Below, piece by piece: positions 56,757 to 64,000 of a stretch of 64,000 nt of DNA; position 1 is the stretch's first letter; each line of letters starts with the position of its first letter. The notes beneath the pieces were generated by a model that worked only from the letters and a program-made list of their open reading frames with translations, searched no databases and was not told the origin of the DNA. The position numbers and the translations under genes were made by a program. Origin of the DNA: Dehalococcoidia bacterium (GTDB lineage: Bacteria; Chloroflexota; Dehalococcoidia; UBA2979); NCBI GenBank assembly GCA_965226785.1, contig CBDDEC010000004.1, positions 66,998 to 130,997 of the forward strand, given 5' to 3'.

Positions 56757-57743
56757 ATGCGCGCAGCGGTCGTGAGCGAGCCGGGAGGCCCCGAGGTCTT
56801 CTCGATCGAGCAGGTCCCGGACCCCACGCCGGGCCCGGACGAGGTGCTGGTCGCGGTCGCAGCGAGCGCTCTCAATCGCGCCGATCTGATGCAGCGTATG
56901 GGTCACTACCCGGGCCCGCCCGGCACACGCGACGATATCCCGGGCCTCGAGATGGCAGGCACCGTCGAGGCGGTCGGCGAGCGGGTGACCGGCTGGCAGC
57001 CGGGCGACCGGGCGATGGCGCTGCTCGGCGGCGGTGGCTACGCCTCGATGGTCGCGGTGCACGAGCGGATGCTGATGCCGGTCCCGGATGCGCTCACCCT
57101 CGAGGAGGCAGCGAGCCTGCCCGAGGTCTTTCTGACGGCATTCGACGCGATGATCCTGCAGTGCGAGCTGCGTGCGGGTGAGACCTTCCTCGTACACGCC
57201 GCAGGCTCCGGTGTCGGGACGGCCGCGATCCAGATCGCGGCGGCGCAGTCCTGTCGCGTCTTCGGCACGGCCGGTTCCGCGGAGAAGCTCGAGCAGGCCG
57301 CCGCGCTCGGCCTCGATGTCGGCATCAACTACCACGATCAAGACTTCGCCGAGGTGGTTCGCGACGAGACGGACGGTCGCGGCGTGAATGTCCTCCTCGA
57401 TCTTGTCGGCGGGCCCTACTGGGAGCAGAACCTCGCCGCGCTCGCCGTGCGCGGCCGCATGGTCATCGTCGGCACCATGGGCGGCCCGCGTGTCGAGGCG
57501 AACCTCGGCGCACTGATGGGCAAGCGACTGCGTGTCCACGGCACTGTCCTGCGGGCGCGACCGCTCGAGGAGAAGGCGACCCTGGTGCAGGCGTTCGTGG
57601 CGCGTGTGCTGCCACTGATCGCGGCAGGCACGATCCGCCCCGTCGTCGATCGCGTGTTCGAGCTCGACGACGTGAGCGAGGCGCATCGCTATATGGAGAC
57701 GAACGCCAACTTCGGCAAGATCGTGCTGAGGGTTGGCGGTTGA
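56757..57743 (+). CDS. qor: NADPH:quinone oxidoreductase (zeta-crystallin / MDR family)
   Basis: MRAAVVSEPGGPEVF...NRADLMQRMGHYPGPPG...VHAAGSGVGTAAIQIA... Confidence 0.88.
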   Translation: MRAAVVSEPGGPEVFSIEQVPDPTPGPDEVLVAVAASALNRADLMQRMGHYPGPPGTRDDIPGLEMAGTVEAVGERVTGWQPGDRAMALLGGGGYASMVAVHERMLMPVPDALTLEEAASLPEVFLTAFDAMILQCELRAGETFLVHAAGSGVGTAAIQIAAAQSCRVFGTAGSAEKLEQAAALGLDVGINYHDQDFAEVVRDETDGRGVNVLLDLVGGPYWEQNLAALAVRGRMVIVGTMGGPRVEANLGALMGKRLRVHGTVLRARPLEEKATLVQAFVARVLPLIAAGTIRPVVDRVFELDDVSEAHRYMETNANFGKIVLRVGG

Positions 57744-57858
57744 TCCTCGGTCGCAGGCCGTCAGCGAGCCCGACAGACCTCGTGGCGCGCACCAATTACT
57801 CGACATATAGTCGGCTGACGCCGCCTCGGAACGTACCGCAGCGGCATCGGAGGTACGC

Positions 57859-58653
57859 GTGCGCACGACCATCGGGGTCGACGGCATCGATGCACTGATC
57901 GAGGGTGGAGTGCCGAACGGCGCCGCGGTCCTGATCTCGGGTGAGCCGGGGACGGGCAAGTCGGTACTGTGCCTCCAGTTCCTCCTGGCGGGCATCCGCG
58001 AGGGCGAACCCGGCGTCTATGCCTCTTCCGACCTGCCCGGACGTGTTTTTGAGACCGCGGCTTCGCTCGGCTGGGATCTGCGTGGAGCCGTCGAGGATGG
58101 CTACGCCCGCGTGATCCAGCTCGGCGCTCCGCCGGTGAGCCCAACGCCGACATCCGCGGACGATGACGACGATGCGCCCTCGGAGGCACCCGATGGCGGT
58201 CCCGGCGGTCCTCCCGGCATGGCTGGCGCGCCAGCGTTTGGCGGAGCGCCGGCACGCCCGCGCCTGGACGCGGCTGCCGCATCGCGCGAGATCGTAGCGG
58301 CCGTCGATGAGATCGGCGCCCAGCGCGTCGTGATCGACCGCCCGGCGCTGCCTGCGGCCGGCACGACCGAGGACGCCGTCCCCTACGTGGCGGAGCTGCT
58401 GCGCACCACGATGAGCACCACACACTGCACGACGCTGCTCACCGGCCAGCGCAACCACGACGCCCCCGGCTACACCCGCCTCGGCATCGAGGAGCAGATC
58501 GTCGACGGCATCATCGACCTCGGTATCGGCGAGCGCGACGGGCGTCGTTACCGCACACTCTCCGTGCGTGCGATGCACGGCACATCCATCGACATGGACG
58601 ATCGGCCGTTCGGCATCATGAAGGGCCGCGGCATCGTCTTTGGCGAGGCCTAG
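57859..58653 (+). CDS. Single-domain KaiC/RecA-superfamily ATPase (COG0467-like)
   Basis: GIDALIEGGVPNGAAVLISGEPGTGKSVLCLQF (Walker A) ...RVVIDR (Walker B-like) ...RTLSVRAMHGTSIDMDDRPFGI. A low-complexity insert of about 60 aa is present. Confidence 0.7.
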   Translation: MRTTIGVDGIDALIEGGVPNGAAVLISGEPGTGKSVLCLQFLLAGIREGEPGVYASSDLPGRVFETAASLGWDLRGAVEDGYARVIQLGAPPVSPTPTSADDDDDAPSEAPDGGPGGPPGMAGAPAFGGAPARPRLDAAAASREIVAAVDEIGAQRVVIDRPALPAAGTTEDAVPYVAELLRTTMSTTHCTTLLTGQRNHDAPGYTRLGIEEQIVDGIIDLGIGERDGRRYRTLSVRAMHGTSIDMDDRPFGIMKGRGIVFGEA

Positions 58654-58683
58654 CGAGGCCCCAGCGACCACGCATCGGAGGCT

Positions 58684-59001
58684 CTAGGTACGGCGGCCAC
58701 GCCCGCCTCGGCCGCGACGTCGTCGCTGGTCGCGACGGTGCTGCGCGTGCTCGGGGCGCTCGCTCGACGGGGGCGTCGGTGGCGGAGGCTCCGGCGGCGT
58801 CGGACCGAAGCGGTTGAGCAGGCCGCCCGTGATGCGGTTCGTCATCCGCATCGTGAAGAAGATGACGCCGAGGAAGATCGGCGAGATGACCGCGGTGAAG
58901 ACGATTGGCTGGCCGCCCCAGACGACGGAGAGCACCCCCCACACACCGACCGCGAGCACCGACAGCACCAGCGTTGAGCGCACCGACTGTTGACCGCCCA
59001 C
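58684..59001 (-). CDS. Small membrane protein (2-3 TM helices) with an Arg-rich tail
   Basis: The GTG start overlaps the upstream stop by 1 nt. There is a hydrophobic core followed by RRDQRRRRGRGGRGRRT. Confidence 0.45.
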   Translation of the reverse strand: MGGQQSVRSTLVLSVLAVGVWGVLSVVWGGQPIVFTAVISPIFLGVIFFTMRMTNRITGGLLNRFGPTPPEPPPPTPPSSERPEHAQHRRDQRRRRGRGGRGRRT

Positions 59002-59675
59002 TAGCCTTGCCCCTCGGTCGCACCGCCGGTCGAGGCGGCAGCGGTGGCGTCCTCCGACCCCAACGCCTGCGCGAGCCAGGCGCTGAGGGCTTCGATGAAG
59101 CGCTCACGCCGCTCGATCTGACCCTCCGCTACATCTTCGACGATCCGCTGCTTCAGCGCCTGTGCATCTACCTCCGGCGGGACGTGGTGCACCTCGATCG
59201 GGTCGGCGGCGATGGCGTGGTCCTCGCCCGGTCGCAGTGCCCCGTTGGCGGGCAGTCCGAAGCCACTCGCCGCAAGTGGCCAGGTCGCGTCGACGGTCTG
59301 CCAGTCGAGGTGCGGTTCGAGCTGCACGCGGAGGAAGTTGTGCACGTCCGGCACTGGCGTCTCGCGACACTCCTCGCGCAGCGGTTCGGGCAGCCACGGC
59401 GCGCTCTCCGGCGTGAACTCGTGCGGTGCGAGGATCATCGTGACCGGGATGCCCAGCTCCTCGAAGAGTGCGCGTAGCAGCAGGTGCTTGCCGGAGCACG
59501 TCCCGCGCCACTCGGCGAGTGTGGTCGCCGGCGCACGATCCGAGGCGCGGACATAGGGCATGTCGCGCACGAGACCGAAGACGGTGGCGGGATCGAGGAT
59601 CGAGCCGCGCTCGATCAAGCCTCGTTCCGTCGCTGCATCGCGGAGATCGGCGAGGAGTGACATCGGCGCCTCCAC
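59001..59675 (-). CDS. Transglutaminase-like (Cys-His-Asp) fold protein, hypothetical
   Basis: WRGTCSGKHLLLRALFEELGIP (Cys box) ...VHNFLRV (His box). Tentative call from memory. Confidence 0.4.
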   Translation of the reverse strand: MEAPMSLLADLRDAATERGLIERGSILDPATVFGLVRDMPYVRASDRAPATTLAEWRGTCSGKHLLLRALFEELGIPVTMILAPHEFTPESAPWLPEPLREECRETPVPDVHNFLRVQLEPHLDWQTVDATWPLAASGFGLPANGALRPGEDHAIAADPIEVHHVPPEVDAQALKQRIVEDVAEGQIERRERFIEALSAWLAQALGSEDATAAASTGGATEGQG

Positions 59676-59677
59676 GC

Positions 59678-60199
59678 TCAGAACATCCGCAAGGCGCCCC
59701 GCCGCTCGTCGAGGGCGGGGATCAGCATCTCGCTGATCTGGCGGAGGTGCAGCAAGTCATGGAACGCGATGTGGTGGATCACATCGGCCACAGCCAGGTC
59801 GCCAGCCAGTTCGTGTCGCGCGGTGCGGCCGAGCTCGTCGTCGCTCAGCGTGCGCAGCCAACTGACATCCGTGCGACGCACACGCTCGAAGTCGCGCAGC
59901 AAAGCGCCCACGTCGCGATCGAGCCAGCCTGAGTCGTCCAGCAGCGTTTGCTCGTCGATGTTTGCGACATCCTCGCCGGCCAGCATCCCGCGGATGCGAT
60001 CGACGAAGGGCGGGCCCTCGGCCGTGAGCAGATGCGCGAGCACGTGCTTCGGCGTCCAGCCGTCCTCATTCGCGCGGTCGAGCACTTCGTCCGGCTGCCC
60101 GCCGAGGAGGGAACGCAGCACCAACGGGGTGTTCCAGAGTACCCCGAACGTCGAGGCCTCGAGCGCGCCGCTTGCCGCTCCCGCAGCGCTCGCCGTCAC
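59678..60199 (-). CDS. DinB-family (DinB_2) protein
   Basis: WTPKHVLAHLLTAE...HHIAFHDLLHLRQI is the His-triad pattern. Confidence 0.65.
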   Translation of the reverse strand: MTASAAGAASGALEASTFGVLWNTPLVLRSLLGGQPDEVLDRANEDGWTPKHVLAHLLTAEGPPFVDRIRGMLAGEDVANIDEQTLLDDSGWLDRDVGALLRDFERVRRTDVSWLRTLSDDELGRTARHELAGDLAVADVIHHIAFHDLLHLRQISEMLIPALDERRGALRMF

Positions 60200-60202
60200 C
60201 GC

Positions 60203-61345
60203 TTAACGGTCCTCGAGGGGGACGTAGGGGCGAGGATCTGGGCCGGTGTACTCAAGCAGCGGGCGGATCAGGATGTTGTGTTGACGCTGGTCGATGAACT
60301 GCACGGCCCAACCGGGCACGCGCCCGACGGCGAAGATGGGGACGAAGAGGTCCTCCGGGATGCCGTGGAGGTAGTAGACGACGCCTGCGTAGAAGTCGAC
60401 GTTCACGTTCACGCCCAGGCGAGCGTAGGGCGTCATCGCCTCGACGACGGCCTGGAGGATGTCGTACCACTTCGGCTCGCCCATCTCCGTGGAGAGTCGC
60501 TGTACGCCATCGCGCATGTGCCGCGCGCGAGGGTCCTCGGCGCGGTAGACACGGTGGCCAAAGCCCATCACCGGCTCGCGGTTCGAACGAAGCTGCTTCA
60601 CGTAGGCGGCGGCGTTCTCTGGCTCGCCGATCTCGATCGCCATCTTCATGACGTTCTCAGCGGCTCCGCCGTGCGCGGGCCCGCTCAGCGAAGCGACGGC
60701 GGCGGTGACCGCGGCGTGCAGGTTGGCGTCGGTGCCGGCCACGACGCGCGCGGTGAACGAGGAGGCGTTGGACCCATGCTCGGCGTGCAGGACGAAGTCC
60801 ATGTCCATCAGCTTCGAGGCGTCCTCGGACGGCTCCTCGCCCTTGACCATGTAGAGGAAGTTGGCCGCGTGGCTCAGGTCCGCGCGGGGCTCGAGGATCG
60901 GCTCGTCGTTCCGCAGGCGATGGTGCGCCGCGATGATCATCGGCACCTGCGAGGTGAGCCGGATCGACTTGCGCAGCGTTGCCTCCGGCGACTGGTCGGC
61001 GACATCGGGGTCCGCCGCGCCGAGTGCTGAGACAGCAGTACGCAGCACCTCCATCGGGTGCGCGTGCTTCGTCGCCTCGATCACCTCGATGGTCGAGTCG
61101 GGCAGCTGTCGCGCCGCCTTCAGCTCTGACTCGAACCGACCGAGTTCCTCGGACGTCGGCAGGTCGCCGTAGAGCAGCAGGTACGCCGTCTCCTCGAACG
61201 TCGACTCCTGCGCCAGCTCGTGGATCGAATAACCGCGGTAGCGCAACTCGCCGGCGCGACCGTCGATGAAGCAGACGTCGCTCCGATCGAAGTAGACGCC
61301 GTTCAGGCCGCGATGAATCTCGACCGCGTTCTCCTCGTCGGCCAT
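60203..61345 (-). CDS. Citrate synthase (or 2-methylcitrate synthase), type I small form
   Basis: LRYRGYSIHELA...HAEHGSNASSF...GFGHRVYR..DPRA motifs are present. ATG 61345 follows SD gggaggg. Confidence 0.92.
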   Translation of the reverse strand: MADEENAVEIHRGLNGVYFDRSDVCFIDGRAGELRYRGYSIHELAQESTFEETAYLLLYGDLPTSEELGRFESELKAARQLPDSTIEVIEATKHAHPMEVLRTAVSALGAADPDVADQSPEATLRKSIRLTSQVPMIIAAHHRLRNDEPILEPRADLSHAANFLYMVKGEEPSEDASKLMDMDFVLHAEHGSNASSFTARVVAGTDANLHAAVTAAVASLSGPAHGGAAENVMKMAIEIGEPENAAAYVKQLRSNREPVMGFGHRVYRAEDPRARHMRDGVQRLSTEMGEPKWYDILQAVVEAMTPYARLGVNVNVDFYAGVVYYLHGIPEDLFVPIFAVGRVPGWAVQFIDQRQHNILIRPLLEYTGPDPRPYVPLEDR

Positions 61346-61402
61346 GCGCCCTCCCGCGCTCTTTCTCATACGTGCCGCCGCGCCGGAGCGCGAGCGGCGC
61401 TG

Positions 61403-63151
<1,749 letters not shown>

Positions 63152-63233
63152 GAGCGATCCCCTCCGCCTGTGCCCGGATCGACGACGCTGCCGGGCCCTC
63201 AGCGACCGGGAGTATACCGCGCGAACGCCGAGG

Positions 63234-64000
63234 CTATGGCAGCGCCGGGAGGATGAACGCGCCGTTCGGCGCCAGCTCGCCGGTCTCGGCGTCCTCGTCT
63301 GGCTCCGCGAGCGCGTCGATGACCGCGTCGAGGTCGGCGTCGGGTGGGACGTCCGCGATCTGCTTGAGCGACGCCTCGAAGGCCAATCTCGGGAGGACGC
63401 TCCCGCCGACCACGAGCAGGCGGCCGTCGTCGAGCGCGGTCACCGTTGCACCCGTCGTTCGTCGCAGCACCTCGGTTGCCGGTGGCGCCACTTCGCCCGG
63501 GTCGAGCGCGAGGAAGCGATCGGGCTGCGTCAAGGGGAAGAGCAGGCGACGCCCGTCAGGCAGGGCGAAGGATGCGAGTTCAGAGAGCGATGCGGCGTTC
63601 AGCTCGCCAATCAAAGTCCGCTCGCCGGTCAACGTGTTGATGTGCCAGATGACACCCGAAGTCGAAGGGCGAAGAGAGTCGATCTCTTCAAGCGCTGCGC
63701 GGAAGGACTCAGCGTTGGGAGTGGGACTGGGGGCGAGGAAGGCGGCCTGTTGCGCTTCTTGCCACGCCGCCGGGTCCGCCGACCACCGACCAGTGTGGAT
63801 GAGCCCGCCCCCTTCGATCGGTCGGAACAGGGGTGCGTACGGCGGAGCTTCGAGGATCGCGAGCTCTTCGAGCTCCGCGTCGCCCGGAGACAGCTTCCAG
63901 AGTCGCACCCTCGGAGGTAGCCCCGTCTCGCCTCGGAAGCGGTCGGCTCCGAGCGTGCCCACGAGCAGCGCCGAGCCGCTGCTGAGCACAAACGCGTCAG
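63234..64000 (-). CDS. Hypothetical protein (C-terminal part; the gene continues past the window end)
   Basis: The frame is open to the window edge with high GC3. No family recognised. Confidence 0.5.
   Translation of the reverse strand, partial: DAFVLSSGSALLVGTLGADRFRGETGLPPRVRLWKLSPGDAELEELAILEAPPYAPLFRPIEGGGLIHTGRWSADPAAWQEAQQAAFLAPSPTPNAESFRAALEEIDSLRPSTSGVIWHINTLTGERTLIGELNAASLSELASFALPDGRRLLFPLTQPDRFLALDPGEVAPPATEVLRRTTGATVTALDDGRLLVVGGSVLPRLAFEASLKQIADVPPDADLDAVIDALAEPDEDAETGELAPNGAFILPALP

Noticed and set aside
58141-58260. Repetitive GC-rich DNA (gac gat gac gac gat; ggc ggt ccc ggc ggt cct ccc ggc) that could be a tandem repeat. A similar Pro/Ala-rich tail occurs at 24001-24130.
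   Set aside because: Both are in-frame low-complexity coding segments of the KaiC-like and AI-2E proteins. They are not structured repeats or CRISPR-like arrays.

Overview
High-GC (about 69-70 percent) bacterial chromosomal window. It is densely packed with roughly 75 protein genes, many with 1-4 nt start/stop overlaps. I recognised no rRNA, tRNA, CRISPR array, transposase, integrase or prophage content. Most of the window is core redox and Fe-S metabolism. The gene content looks actinobacterial (inference only): Ni-SOD sodN with its sodX peptidase, a groEL preceded by a perfect CIRCE element, an LprG-like lipoprotein coupled to an MFS pump, a complete sufR-sufCBD-Rieske-sufS-sufU-sufT operon, an ECF sigma with an RskA-like anti-sigma factor, glcDEF-type glycolate oxidase, alanine dehydrogenase, an acyl-CoA mutase cluster, citrate synthase plus acetyl-CoA synthetase, and a Fur-family regulator next to a metal ABC importer. 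The main result is UGA recoding that the ORF track misses. (1) SelD is a selenoprotein: an in-frame TGA at 1346-1348 sits at the catalytic Cys17 position. (2) A thioredoxin-fold, iodothyronine-deiodinase-like gene at 10635-11383 carries TGA inside a GSFT-U-PPF motif, followed by a SECIS-like hairpin. It lies beside a NifS-type cysteine desulfurase, a second SufR-like regulator and an IscA gene. Three genes show single-nucleotide frame breaks at G/C homopolymers: the deiodinase-like gene, a GT39 glycosyltransferase and a small PrpD-C-terminal-like ORF. These breaks could be assembly indels or real lesions, and I cannot tell which from the sequence alone. Lesser oddities include an orphan NuoB with a C-terminal extension, a stand-alone C-terminal fragment of an APC permease coupled between a Lon-like protease and a HAD hydrolase, a run of four hotdog-fold genes, a mutase large subunit with no B12-binding partner nearby, and several candidate operators. 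All homology calls come from reading the translations and from memory of family motifs. No database search was run.
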